From Rhizaria sp. SCN 62-66 (lineage: Eukaryota), in assembly GCA_001724265.1 (NCBI GenBank), contig MEDY01000274.1, positions 1-41,665 of the forward strand: a DNA stretch of 41,665 nucleotides. Reading direction: 5' to 3'. Made by a program: the position numbers and the translations under genes. Shown piece by piece: positions 1 through 12,387 of the stretch. A model generated the notes under the pieces. The model had not been told where the DNA came from. It ran no database searches and saw only the letters and a program-made list of their open reading frames with translations. Position 1 is the stretch's first letter. Each line of letters begins with the position of its first letter.

Positions 1-107
1 CTGCCGACGAGTCTGCTGCAGCTGTGATTGCTGATGCGACACGTCACTATCACATGCAATCTCGGGCTGCTAAAGAAAAAATCGACCTCGATCTCACTTC
101 TCACTGA
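1..107 (+). CDS. 3' end of an upstream protein-coding gene (partial, unknown product)
   Basis: Open frame from position 3 (ADESAAAVIADATRHYHMQSRAAKEKIDLDLTSH) ends at TGA 105-107. Composition is exon-like and switches to AT-rich sequence afterwards. Confidence 0.5.
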   Translation, partial: ADESAAAVIADATRHYHMQSRAAKEKIDLDLTSH

Positions 108-381
108 AGTCTTGTCGTAGGAGTATGCATTGCGTGGATGGCAAAAAATTGTTGTGGTCTTCTGACCAACGCTTTTGCCTCTCACATCGCGACGTTTCAT
201 GCATCACTTCGAAATTTGTTCATTTTTTCATCTAAACCAATTGTATTGTACAGCAGTACATGTACAAATGTACATTTAGCAAATTTTAAATGGATTCTAT
301 CCGTTTGTTTGCTAGATCTTCCCACTTGTGTGAACCCTCTCACTATTATTTTGCCGTGTTCGTATTTTGTATAATTATTTG

Positions 382-432
382 TTTATTGTGTCCGTTTATT
401 GTGTCCGTATTGTGTGTCCGTATTTATATGTC
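382..432. repeat. short imperfect tandem repeat (unit ~TTTATTGTGTCCG)
   Basis: tttattgtgtccg-tttattgtgtccg-tattgtgtgtccg-tatttatatgtc read directly. Confidence 0.6.
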
Positions 433-1608
433 AGTGTATAATGGCCTTTAGCTAGGCTGTTTGTCAGGAAAGACATTGGCCAACTCGCGACGAGCGTCAG
501 TCCAATATCAGTCCAAATATCTCAAAAGTTTTAGATTTTTATAAAAAATGAGGTTTAATACAGACGTATTACAAGGATTAGAAATCGAGACATCACTCAT
601 CATTCACGATTGAGTAGAGCCGCATCCGCACATTTTGAGCTGTTAAAGGTGTGCATAAACATATCTTACGTTGAGACTACAACTACTAATACAAAAAAAT
701 GTAACCCTAAAAACAGTTATGGTAATCTTAACTAAATAGCTAGGTAGGTTTGAAGTAGTTATTGTTCACGTGTTGTTGATATTGCACATCATGCGTCGCG
801 AAATACCGACCCACTGCATGCCATAGTAAGCGAGGTGAGCACGCTTTGTGCACAAAAGAAAGCGCAGCGCAAGCAGCGGACACCGCAGCGCATTTTCTGC
901 AAGCGCATTGTATGATGAGCACGCCTCCGTGTGCATATAAACTCATGCCGCGATAGCTGTGTCGGTGCAGCTCAGGGAGGGTACTGACAACACAGTCTGC
1001 GCAAATGATAGTCCACGCGCTTAACTCACATGCAAGCTCACACTGCTGCAGACAGGAGTAGTACAGGCTTATGTTGCGTTGTCGAATCGTCGGTGCTACC
1101 CCGGTGACGTTCATTGTGCCCGCAAAGGGCTGGAGCGAGCGGTCACGATCATGCAACTGGTCGATGAGGGCCAGCAGATTACGAGAATACCACACCAATA
1201 CACTTGTTCCAGTTTAGCTCAAAAAGGTGTCTTTATTAGTGTAGATGGGACAGTGGTTAGGTTCAGTGACTTTCGCGCTCCTGCTAATCAGTAACTGCGT
1301 GTTGAAACGGACTGTTTTAACTTTCTAATTACATGTAGTACGTACCATGGTTATGGTACCAGCATTTCTGGCGTCCGTGAATCGAGGCAGTCCTTTGTCC
1401 ACGAAGCGTGTGAGTCTGAATTTCTCATGCAAGACCTTCATTTCGAGAAGTAAATACTGAACAAAATATCTACAAAACTCACTGCCAGTTTAGCCCAAAG
1501 GGTATCTTTATTACCATAAGCTTATAAGTTATATGCTACGCACACGTCGGACCTGCGTGTTTGAGAATAACTATGGTCAACCAATGTATTCGTCAAGATA
1601 AGCAAATC

Positions 1609-1712
1609 CATATACATATACATGTATATTTTTAACATACGTATGTACGTACATGTACAACAACATATATGTACGGTGTACAACATGTAATGTATGTACG
1701 GTGTACATGTAA
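1609..1712. repeat. low-complexity TACATGTA/GTAC palindromic cluster
   Basis: Repeated tacatgta, gtacgtac and atgtacggtgtaca (twice) in an AT-rich intergenic stretch. Confidence 0.55.
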
Positions 1713-1968
1713 TGTTTTATAGCCGTTTGTGGTGGACAAGCTGGGCGCAGTGACCATGGTGATAATAGTGACCATGGTGAGTGAGACGTTGAGTCACCCC
1801 GATAAGAAACCCAAGATATATCATTGTAAGCGTTGTCAATCATCACCTCACTCGATCTATAGGAGAATATTGCTTTGGAAAATAATATACTGATATTATA
1901 TCTCTTATACTTGACGTTTGATTTCTAGCTGCACATCTTCAAACCTCCCAAAGCTGTGAGGTTGCGGG

Positions 1969-4900
1969 ATGTCTCACCGCTCAACTGTTGCGGCTCAGAC
2001 ACCGCCACAGACGTCCCGAGATCACATTCCCGACGAACCTGGTGGTACAGACGCATTTTATCTCGCATGTGGCGCTGGCTCTCTTGCTACAGGTAACGTA
2101 CCACTGTCCCGTGTATGCGCCGCCGCGCCGCCCTTGCTCACCCGACTACTCGCGCGCCTAGGCGTCTCCTCGTTCTCCCCTTGGCAGCTTCGCGTCGCCG
2201 CTCTTGCTCACGCCGGCACCGGGACGAATATCGGTGCCAGCACTATGCCCGCACCGGGCGCCGTAGTTTGCGCACCGACCGGTGGCGGCAAGACACTTGC
2301 TGCCGAATTTGCCCTATCTTCCCTCCTGCTTCTCCCTCCGACGCCTGCAGCAGCCTCTCTGTCGTCGCAAGCGCAGCAGCTCCCGCCATGGCTTGCCCCG
2401 CTGTGCAATCAACGTGCGGCGCGGTGCAGCCGCGCGTTGCTACGACAGCAGCTGCAACAGCATTCGCCGCCGTGCCGTGCGATGACTCGTGCCGCTGCCA
2501 GAGGTTACAGTGCAGTCGCGTCATCCCTTTACGCGTCCACAGCCGCGGACACTGCTGTCTCTGCGCCACTGCACTCGCCTGCCGCGGCTGCGACGGGCGG
2601 CAAGGGGCAGATTGCGCTGCTTGTGCTGCCGCTGCGGGCGCTGGTGCGGGAGCGGACGTTGACGCTCGCAGCTGCCGCCACTGCCGCTGCCGCCGCGGTC
2701 TCTGCACGTGAAGACAATACCACCGGCCTGAGCGGGGGCGACGACGACGACGATGACGACAGCAGCAGCAGCGATGACGGAAACTCGACAGCCACCAGAG
2801 CTTCCGCAGCTGAGGAAGACCGCGCTGAGCTCTCGGCCAGCGCCGCCGCCGTGCACGCGCTGTTCGCCCCTCGCACGCAGCGCGCGCAGCGGCCGTCGCG
2901 CGCTCTCTCGGCTGCAGAGCGCGCCACGCTCTCCCGTGCGCTCGGCACCGTTTCGGGGCTTTTGGGCCCGCCCGCGCTTGCAGCGCAAGCGGTCGCCACG
3001 AGCGGGCATGCAACCATCAGCAGCGCCACAGCAAACGCCGTCGCCGCCGTCGCCGCCGCCGGTGAGTGTGAGAGCGAGAGCGCGAGCAGTGCACAATCGG
3101 GGGTTGGGCCAGTTGGGGTGGACTCACTGGCCGGGGCGCGCGCGCGTCCGGCGCCGCTGCCGCTGCATAGCGCACCTGTGTCCGCCGCAGTCTCCGCGAA
3201 GCAGCGCGCAGACGCGGCGGCCGAGAGGGCGCGCGCGCGGGCGCAGTTGCTGCGGCGGCGGCTGCGGCAGCGGCTGCGGCGGCAGTTCCGCGCTGCCGCG
3301 CTTACGGTTACTGCGCTGCACGGCGGGCCCGACGGCAGCGGCGACGCCGGCGGCAGCGGCGGCAGCGGCAGCAGTGCGTCTGCAGTCGCAGCGTCGCGCG
3401 CGCGCGCGTTGCTCGTGGTGGCGACACCGGAACTCGCGCTTGTGCTGTTGTCCGCGCTGGCGCAAACCGCGGCCGCAGCGGCGCCGGTGGTGGTGGCGTC
3501 TGCCGCTGCGGTTGCGCTCAAACTCGCGACAGGACCGAGCCGCGGTCGCGATGACGCTAGTCGCGGGGCGGCGAGTGGCGCGCAGAGTGACTCTGGCTTG
3601 GCTGAGACGGGGTGCGCTCGCTGTCTCGAGCAGACCGCGGCAGCTTTGTTGAGGGGCCGACTTGCCGGGGTCGCCATCGATGAGGCGCACTTGGCTGTTC
3701 CCGCCACGGTCGCCAACACGCTGCCCACCGCTTCGCCGAGCGTTATTCCAACGTCAACAGCGTCATCGCGCGCGATGTCATCCTCATCGTAGACTACGAG
3801 TGCGAGTGCCAGCTCCGACGCTGACTGCGCGTCACTCTGCAGCACTGCGGCGCGGCGCGGTGCGATTGCGCTTGCTGTCGCCGACGCTGCTGCTGCCCCC
3901 GGCCCCGTACTATCTGCAGCGGCCCGGGACTGGATGCTCGCGGCACACGCGCTGCTCTCGCCTGCGATCGCCACCGCCGCGCCCGCTGCGCTTCCCGCTG
4001 CGATCGCCGCGCTGCGAGAGCGTGGTCACGCGGTGGACGCTGCAGGGTGCGTCGCTGCGGCGGCGGCGCGCGCGCTTGCGGCCGCGATTTCGGCAGAGGC
4101 CGTTGCTCTCGGCGCGCGCGCATCTGTTGCTCCTGCCTCAGCTGCCGCGTTAGTTGCCTCCGTCCCCGCTGACGTCAATGCTGCAGGGGCACTATCACCA
4201 CCTATGCGCTCTGGCGGCGGTGGCTGCGGCTGCGGCGGCGTCGGCACTACTAACACTGGTTTTAAGAGCACTAATCTTGTTGAATGCTCTTGCGAATGGG
4301 AAGAGAGAGCAATTCCCACATGGGCTCTAGATTCTAACAGGACGGGTATGATTCAGACCGCCAGTAGATGTTTTGCACACGCGACTCCGCTGCTGTTGTT
4401 GTCTGCGTCACTGTCAGAGTCGTCCGCGGCTGCGCTGAGTGCGCGACTGTGGTTGCCTGTGCTGCGCGCGCGGCGCCGGGCTGCACCGCTGCTCACCGCA
4501 ATCGCCATCGCCGGCACGGTCACGCCGCATACTGGGGTAACAGCCAGCGGTGACGCTGCTGCTACAACGGAGGCAGCGAGGGAGGTTACCGTGCCCACAG
4601 TTGCACGCGCAGTTTTGGTCCCGCTGACGGCCGCGATCAATGCACTTGCGACTGATGCAATGGCGAGCTCGACCAAAAATGCCTCTGGTTCTGTGCCGGC
4701 ATCGGTTTTGACAGGAAAGCGTGTTGCAGCTTCACTGCGCCGTGCAATCGCTTCGGCTGACACTGCTGCGTTATCGCCGTCCGTGACACCATCATCTCTT
4801 GACTCGGATGCTCAAGATGCAACCTCAAAGCTGATTTCGGCGCCTTCAGTTGCGAGCTCGCACGCCGCTCTGTTATTGCTTCTTCTTGTAACACCAGCTG

Positions 4901-7900
4901 CCGCCCCAGCTCGCGCTGCTGCAGCGCCCGCGCTCGCCACTATATTGCAGACTCAGTGCGCCGCGGCTCATCACGCACCGCCACAGGCTGGCACCGCGTC
5001 TGCGCGCTCTCTTGCGGCGCTTGCAATCAGCGCACTCGGTCCTCTGACAGCCTTGGGACTTCCACTGAACACTCTCTCGTTGCTGCTGTTTGATAACACA
5101 AACACTGGCGGCGCTGAGAGCAGCGGTATCGGCGCCCAGCCGCTGCTGCATGCACGGCCTGCCTGTGTGTTGGTGTTTGCGCCGACCCGTGCCGCTGCAG
5201 TGCTAGCTTCCGATGCGGCCGCGCACGGCCTCGCCAGCGCGCGCGTCCTGCTGGCAGTTGCGCTCGCGTTCGCCGCAGCCAGCGGACTGTGGGACCCAGC
5301 TGCCGCGCTCAGCGCGCTTGGCGTTTTACCGGCCCAGTCACACCCTGCGTACGCCGCGACGGCCGACGCACTCGCGCGGTCTCTGATCACCCAGTCAGAG
5401 CCAGCGCCCGCCGCGCTCGTCCCGCTGATCCAGGCGGCGCGCACGTGGGGCCCCGTGGGCGCCGCAGCGCAGGCTGCGCCGCTGCTGTCGCTGGTGGCAC
5501 TGTGTCTCGCGCGGCTGTCTGCGTGCCGCCCGCCCGCGTGCGCGGCGCACCACGCCGGCCTGCCCGCCGCCACGCTGGCCGCCGCCGAGCGCGGGGCGCG
5601 ACGCGGGCGCGTGCGCGTGCTGTGCGCGACGACGACGCTGGCGGCCGGCGTCACACTGCCCGTCGTGCGCGTTGTCGTCGCCGGCCCCTGGCGCGGGCGC
5701 GCGCGCGACATCACCGCCGCGTTCTCCTCGACCGCGACGACGCCGGCCGCGCTCGCCGCCGCGGCGGACACGCTTATCGGCTCGCTCGCCGAGACCGAGT
5801 GGGCACAGATGGCCGGTCGCACCGGGCGGCGCGGCACGGCGGCGACGGCCGGCGCGGGGCTTGAGCGCGGGGGTGCGTGGTTGCTGCCGACGGGCGACGT
5901 CTGGGCGCGACCGGCGCTGCACAGCAACGCGGCGCGCGTGGCTGCGCTTACCGCGGCGCTGACTGCGCGGGCGCTCGCAGTGGTGTTGGCGGGGGCGACA
6001 AGCCCGGGTGAAGCACAGTCTGCTGCGTGGTTTAATCACCAGTGCAACGGCGAGCGCGCTATGCAAATCCGTCTGTCATTGCTTTTTGGCGGGGTATGTG
6101 TCACCGTGTCGCGACCGAGAGGTTTCTCGGCTGAGACGATTGATTCTGGCGTTACGGATGTTGCTCACTACGGTGCAGCGTTAGCGCGACGCTTAGTATC
6201 CGAGTTTTCCGAGTCGTTCTCTGCAGGGCCTCTGCCTACACTACAACGCGCGATGCTATCAGCAATATTAGCAGCGTCAACGAACAATGCGACCGCCTCC
6301 GTGTCCCCCATTGCTGCTGCAACTACGACTATTACCGCTATGACGCCCGCGTACGCTGATACTACCATGTCTGTCGGTGCAGGCCCTCTGGCTGAGTTGT
6401 TGTGGCGCATGTCAGCGTGCGCATCCTCTTTTGCTAATCCTGGCTCACTTTCTTCAGCCGTCACACTTGTCATGACCGAAGCGCGAACAGCTGCGGTTTC
6501 TGTCGCGGCAGCAGTAACGAAATCTGATCGCGGCTACAGCACATGCACTCTTTCTGACCGCTGTCCTTGTACGCATACTGTTGCATCTGCGTCTTCCGCA
6601 GCGCGCGCGGTCGCATGTGCAATTGCGGCACTCAGCATTGAGTGGCTTTGCAACCACGGGTTTCTGACTGCGTCAACCGCCGCAGCTGGTTTGACCGCGG
6701 GTTTTCCTATGTTTTCAGTCACTGAGCTCGGTATTGCGATGTTATCAACATCTCTTGCTCCGACTGAGATGACTCTGCTCGTGCAAACAGCGCATGGTGC
6801 GCGTACTTCCCTCGCTCTGCCGCCGCCCCCGACATTGACGGCCACACTCACATCAGGCGCCAGTCAGGCTGACGTCGAGCTCGCTGCAGCAAGCGCTGCC
6901 GCAGCGGGCGACGACTGGGGGTTGCTCTGGGGTCACGGAGCGAACAAGAACAGCACTGGTGTCGATACATGTGCTGCCATGACGTTCGCCGCCGATGCCG
7001 CGCTTTGTTTCGCCCTCTTGCCGCCATTGCTCCCCACCGCGCCCGCACTGACTACCGTCTCACCTGACCCCGTAGCGACGCCTGCCGCGGCCTTACTGGC
7101 GTCCTCAGCGGCCGCGCTTGGCTCGATTTTGTCGCGCGCACCCGCAGTTGTGCGGTCAACCGCAGCCGCGCTCTTTGCGACCGCCGTCTCCGCAGCAGCG
7201 TCGCCCGCTCTCGTCGGCACGGACTCGCCCGGAGCCAGCCCGCTGGTGCTGCCTCCCGTAGCTGAGGGCGGACCCGTAGTGGTTGCGCCCGTGGTCGCCG
7301 CACCATTCGCGCTGCCATGGGCCGACCCCTCTGTCGTTGACGCACAGTGCCCCGTCTGTCTACCGCATCTTGCCTGCAAGGCTGCGCGTAGGACAGCGAA
7401 GACCGCCGCTGTGGCCGCACTACCGGCAAATGCGAGCGCAAGCGCGACTCAGCCTGCTACTGGGACGGAGGGACAAAAACCCGTGTGTGCGCGGTGCTGG
7501 TGGGGTGCGCGCGCGGAGGCTCGTGTTGCTGCGGCGTTGCGCACAGGCGGGCGCACACTTACGCCGACAACGCCCGCTGCGCCATCTCCTGTGCGCGTCA
7601 CGCTGCAAGGCTATTCTGGCGCTGCGACAGAACATGCTGCTGTTGACGCATCTCAGGCCAATGGCTACAGACAAGCGCCGTTTAGTCAAGGCGCGTGCTT
7701 TGGCATGTATCATAGTCATGAGTACGATCACAGTCAACATGGCGGTGACTACAGCCAGGGATTCTCTCAAAACAATGCCAGTGCTAACATTACGTCCGAC
7801 ACCGCACCGAACAGCGGCGCAGCAATGCTGCCCTGGGAGCGGGCGCTCACCACTGCAGATGTCACTATCCAGCTGCCGCCTCTGTGGCATGTTGGAGTCG

Positions 7901-10900
7901 TCACACCAACTGCGACACTCACATCACCGCCAGGCGCAGCCTCTCCGTCGCCAGCCGCTGCAGCTGCGAGGAGCGACGCGCTGAGCGTTGCCGCGAGTGA
8001 GCTGACTCTACTGCTACATTCCCCGCAAGTGCGCAGCCGCACACGACTTTCCCGTGGCCGCGCGGGTGCGGCTTGCCCCGCCCGCACCCGGCGCGCGCGC
8101 GCCTGGCTTGCGGACTGCGAGGCCCTTGCGCTGCACCGCGTGTGGGCCGCGCTGTGCTGCGCGTCCCTACCTCACGCGCTGTCGCCGCACGTTGCAGCCA
8201 CTTTACTGCGCTGCGCACCGGGAGCGCTGGAGGGCTTGCGGGCGGGCGCCGTGTCCGGTCTGCGCCGCGCAGCGTCTGCGCTGTGGCCGCTGCATTGGCG
8301 CGCGCTGGCTCTCATCGCCATCGACGCAGCGACACGGTTCGAACTTAAGCTGGATCCTGCGCTCGCGCCGCTGCTGCCGCTGCTGCCGCCGCCGGAGGCC
8401 GTGACAGCAGCCCTGCCTGCGCCGACGATCATTGCAGCACTGCGCGTGCTGATCGGCGCTGGTTTGCGCGACCCGGCGGCCGTCGCGGCGGCGGGGCCCT
8501 CACGCGTGGCCGCGTTGCTGCGCGCTGCGGCAGCTGTGGTGGAGGCGACAGCGCGCGAAGAGAGCGAGCAGCGGGAGCGCGCGCGTGCGCGGGCCGCGGC
8601 GGTGGCGAGACCCGCCGTCAAATACGCGCGAGTGCGGACTGGGGCTCGCACAGAGCAGCACGCCGAGGCCGATGCGGTCGGCAAAGCGTCGGCGGAAGCT
8701 GCTGACGAGCCAAGCGCTGCTGGCGGGCTCTATCGCAAGAAGAGGCGTGCGCATGACGCATTGCCTGCAGCGTTTGCAGTGACCGCTGAAGCTGCAATAT
8801 CTGTTGACACTCTGTCATTGGACACAAGCACCACAAGTGAAACAGCAGCTGCTGTGTCGTTGCCGTTGTTGGCAATGAGTGATGCGAGTCCTGTTGTTAT
8901 CTTACCAGAGCCTTTATTGTCGTCCGCGCCGTTGCCAGGCTACGGCGCACACGGTATGAGTGTTGATGATAGCGATGATGCACGTGCGGAGACATCGCCG
9001 CAACCCTCGGCCCAACTTTTCGCCCTTGCTGCTGGAGACGGCGCGGATGCTGTGGCTGCGGCGCTCTGCGCACGTGCTGCGCGCGTTTCAGGCCTTGTTG
9101 CGATGCAGACCGACCCACTTTCTGTTCAGACTGACGTCGGCACGAGTGCTGTCCCAGCGAGTCAGAATAACATTGATGCCGCTGCGCCCGTGGCACGCGC
9201 TGCTGCGACGATGATCAGTGTAGGAGCGATACTACTCGCGCCTGCTGCAGAAGGCACAGAAGCCGTGGGCGATGCAATCAATGCATGGCTTGCGGAGCCG
9301 TTGCCTGCACTTGCAGTGGTTTCTGACTCCAGTGAAGACGATCTCTCCGACGACGACGATGAAAGCGAGAGCAACACTGGCTCAAAACCACAGAAAGTCA
9401 GCCGCAAGCGCTTACGGAATGCAGCCTTTGAGCTTGGCGTATCACGACCTGCGCTCGCACTCGCAGCGTCATCCTCATTCTCTGCAGCTGGAGCAAGCGC
9501 TACAGCAACCGCATGCTCGTCCGCCATTGACACTCTTGCGAGCTCCACTGCGCGTGTTTGGTGGCTGCCCCTGCGGGGCTCGCCTTCCGTCTCCAGCGCC
9601 GTGGTGCTTGAGCTGTTGCGACAGGTCGCAGAGGCGCCGCTGCGGGGCTACACCGTGGCCACGCCAGCGCCGGCGCACACTCGCAGGCATCTCGAGCGGT
9701 GGGGCCTGCTGCCGCCTCTGCCTGCGCTTGCTATTGATTTGGGCGACGGTGTCTCCAACGCAAAAAATCCGAGTGTCGCCGATGATGGCGACGGCGACGG
9801 CGATGCGCTTAGTGCTAAGACCGCGACACCAGTGTGGCTATCGGCGTATCAAAAGCATCCGCGCGCAGGAACTCCCGCTTTATCCAAGTCTGCATTCTCG
9901 CCGCAACAAAACGCAGTGACAACCCGCGCTCGTAAGGAGGCTGCTGCAGCCGCTCTTGCCGAAGCCGAGGCCGTTGTTGCTTCCGGTCACTGCGCGCGCT
10001 TAGCAGAGCTTGCGCAATGGGGCTGGCGACCCGCTGATGCCGCGGCAGTGCTTGTACGCGCGTGTGTCACCCCTACTGGCGCAGATATGCCGGCGCAAGA
10101 GGATGTAAGCTTCGCATGTAGCCCAACGCTTGGCGGAATCCTTGCTACAGCGGCGGCCAATGTTGTCGGTGCAAACAGTAGTACATTGTCTGCGCTCACT
10201 GCAGCGGCCGTCGCAGCTGAGCGCGCGCGCTGTCACCGTGCAGTGGCCGCTGCGGCCTGTGCACGCGCAGAGGGCGCCGTTGCAGCGGCCCGCATCGCGG
10301 CGGATGGCAGTGTCGGTTCGTTGATCGCAGCCTCAGAGTACATTGCGCCAGTCACCGTCGCTAGCGTGTGCGGACTCACCGTTGCCAATCAACCGCGTAC
10401 AACCGCAGCAATCGCTGTTCAACGGCAATCTGTGTTTGCGGAGTGGCGCTCAGTTCCCACGCTACGTACGAGCATTGCCACAAACGTGACCGCGTGCGCG
10501 CTTGCTCTTTCGCCGCCCGATGTTGCAGCACTACTGAGGCTTTGCAATGCGCGAGTCTCCGCAGTCCGCGAAGGTATCGCGACAGCGCTGCACACGCAAC
10601 TCACGACAGTTGGCACGCGTTTCAGCGCCTCAGCGCCAGCCGCTCGCGCATTGCGCGCTGCGTCTGCATCCATTGCTGCTTCGATTGCGCCGGGCGTTGC
10701 TGTGCCCGTCGGCGCGACAGCCGGCGGCGGTCCATGTCCGCGCTGTCTCGAGCTCGCTGTCGCCACTGCCGCCGGTGCGTGGACTGCTGTCTTTGCGTCT
10801 CGCCGCGACCGTGCTGAAGCAGCATTGTGTGATGATGTTCTTGCTATTACAGCGACAAGCTCATGGAGCAGCCTGAACTCGCTTCTCAGCACCGTTGGAG

Positions 10901-12387
10901 CTCTTACTGACGCTGCGAACACAGCATTCAGTGCTGTCTGCGCGAAGGTCGAGGACGGGCGAGATTATGATGACAGCGTAGGGTCAGTAACGGCTGATTC
11001 CGCGACAGCTGCAGCTGGTGCGCTGCTGCTTGCAGCGTCACGTGAAGCGGCGTTGCTTGACATATCATTGCGAATGATTTGCAGAAACGACCCTCATAGG
11101 CGTTGTGAGCAGCACCGATCACAAGCAGCGACGCCATTGATAACACGCGCGCTTAGCGCACGAGCCTTTACAGGAACTGCTCTCGGCGTCGCTCCACTGC
11201 TCAGTCTTACAGTTCCCACATCTCAGAACACAGTCCTTGTGCGCATCAGTATGTCGCGACTCTGGACTCTCGCAGTCGCGCTGGCGGCGGTCACCGCGCC
11301 TCCGCCGCAGTCGTTCACTGGACTCGCGGTCGGCGCACTTGGTCAAGAGACGGAGAGCGCAGCCGAAGCCGCTGCAGAGGAAGAGGCAGAAGCTGAGGCG
11401 CGCGCATGTTCCTTCACGCACGCGTCAGCTGCTGTTGACATCTCATTTATCTCTGACTGTTCATCTGCTCTCGTATCAGCAGTGCCAACAATGTCGACGT
11501 CAGCACCTGCATCTGCCGCAACAACGATAACGACGACTACGACAGAGATACTTGCACCCTTTGCGGCCGCTGCAGCCGCCGTCGGCTTGTCCGCTACAGA
11601 TACAGTTGCACTCCTGCTCGGTACGCCCCTCGCAACCGTCGCACTGGCGAACGCAGTGTGTCCCGGTTCCTCTCTCACCGCGTTTCGCACAGCGGCCGCG
11701 GCTGTCGCGGCACGCTACCCCAGACTGACCGCTGCACCGGCCGCGCTCGCCGCCGCAGCCCCGCGCCGGCGCGCGCGACTTGCTCTGTGCGCCGCTGTCG
11801 CCGCCACTCTGACTGGCGGATCCGCTGTTAATGTGGCTGACGACGCAGCTGAAAGCGCAACGGCTGCGGTCGAGTGTGGAAACGCCACAGGGCCAACGCC
11901 CAGTTGGGGCGCCGTGGTGACCGCTTTTGGCGGCCGCGCAGCGCTACCTGCTCTTAGCTCGACTGCAAGCGAAGCACTTGCGAACCAAAAGACGAGCACG
12001 AGCAACGTTGCAGCTAAGGCTCGTGGTGACGCTGCTGAGAGTGGCGAGGCCGCGTGCGTCGCATGGCGCAGCGCTGTCGGGGCGACTCTAGAGGAACTTG
12101 CACTTGGCGCTTCAGGCGCAGCGGCACTTGCGATCGAGGCACACATCAACAGCGGTAACAACAACCCCGATGTTACGACGGCCATTGACGCGAACCCAGT
12201 GCTCGCAGTTGGTCACGACGCCATTGTGCTGGCTGTGGGCAAGCAAGGTGCGCGTGCGGCGGCGAGGGCTGCCGTGGTGGGCGCGCGCGTATGGCTGTTG
12301 GCTGCGGGGCGCGCGGCGGGGGCGCCAGAGGAGTTGCTGCGTGATGTAGTTGCAACGGTCACCGTCAAAATCATGAAAGAAACGTAA
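1969..12387 (+). CDS. POLQ: DNA polymerase theta-like (Ski2/HELQ-type SF2 helicase plus degenerate family-A polymerase), interrupted by one in-frame TAG at 3790-3792
   Basis: ORFs 1969-3792 and 3934-12387 share a frame and 3793-3933 is open. Ordered helicase motifs: LGVSSFSPWQ, VVCAPTGGGKT (I), LVLPLRALVRE (Ia), VVATPE (Ib), VAIDEAH (II), LLSASL (III), VLVFAPT (IV), HHAGL, VLCATTTLAAGVTLP (V), QMAGRTGRRG (VI). These are followed by POLQ/HELQ-type segments (IEWLCNHGFL, TELGIAMLSTSLAP, CAPGALEGL, AGLRDPAAVAAA). C-terminal Pol-A remnants: ARYPRL, VTAFGGRAALP, VLAVGHDAIVLAV. May be a pseudogene or contain a base error. Confidence 0.8.

Noticed and set aside
700-712. TAACCCTAA telomere-like word
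   Set aside because: Single copy with no array; expected by chance.
740-1294. 152-aa minus-strand ORF and 71-aa plus-strand ORF in a GC-balanced intergenic island
   Set aside because: Non-ATG starts, no recognisable motifs, and composition unlike the real exons. I found no terminal repeats to call it a transposon relic.
1750-1781. Direct repeat AGTGACCATGGTGA twice upstream of POLQ
   Set aside because: Real but only two copies with a 4-nt spacer. Not CRISPR-like, and no evidence of function.
3697-3792. Cryptic intron ending at the TAG (…CGTAG) to rescue the POLQ frame
   Set aside because: The in-phase donors available (GTTCCC, GTCGCC, GTTATT) do not match the window's donor consensus, and the segment lacks the AT-rich intron composition. 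Cannot be fully excluded without RNA data.
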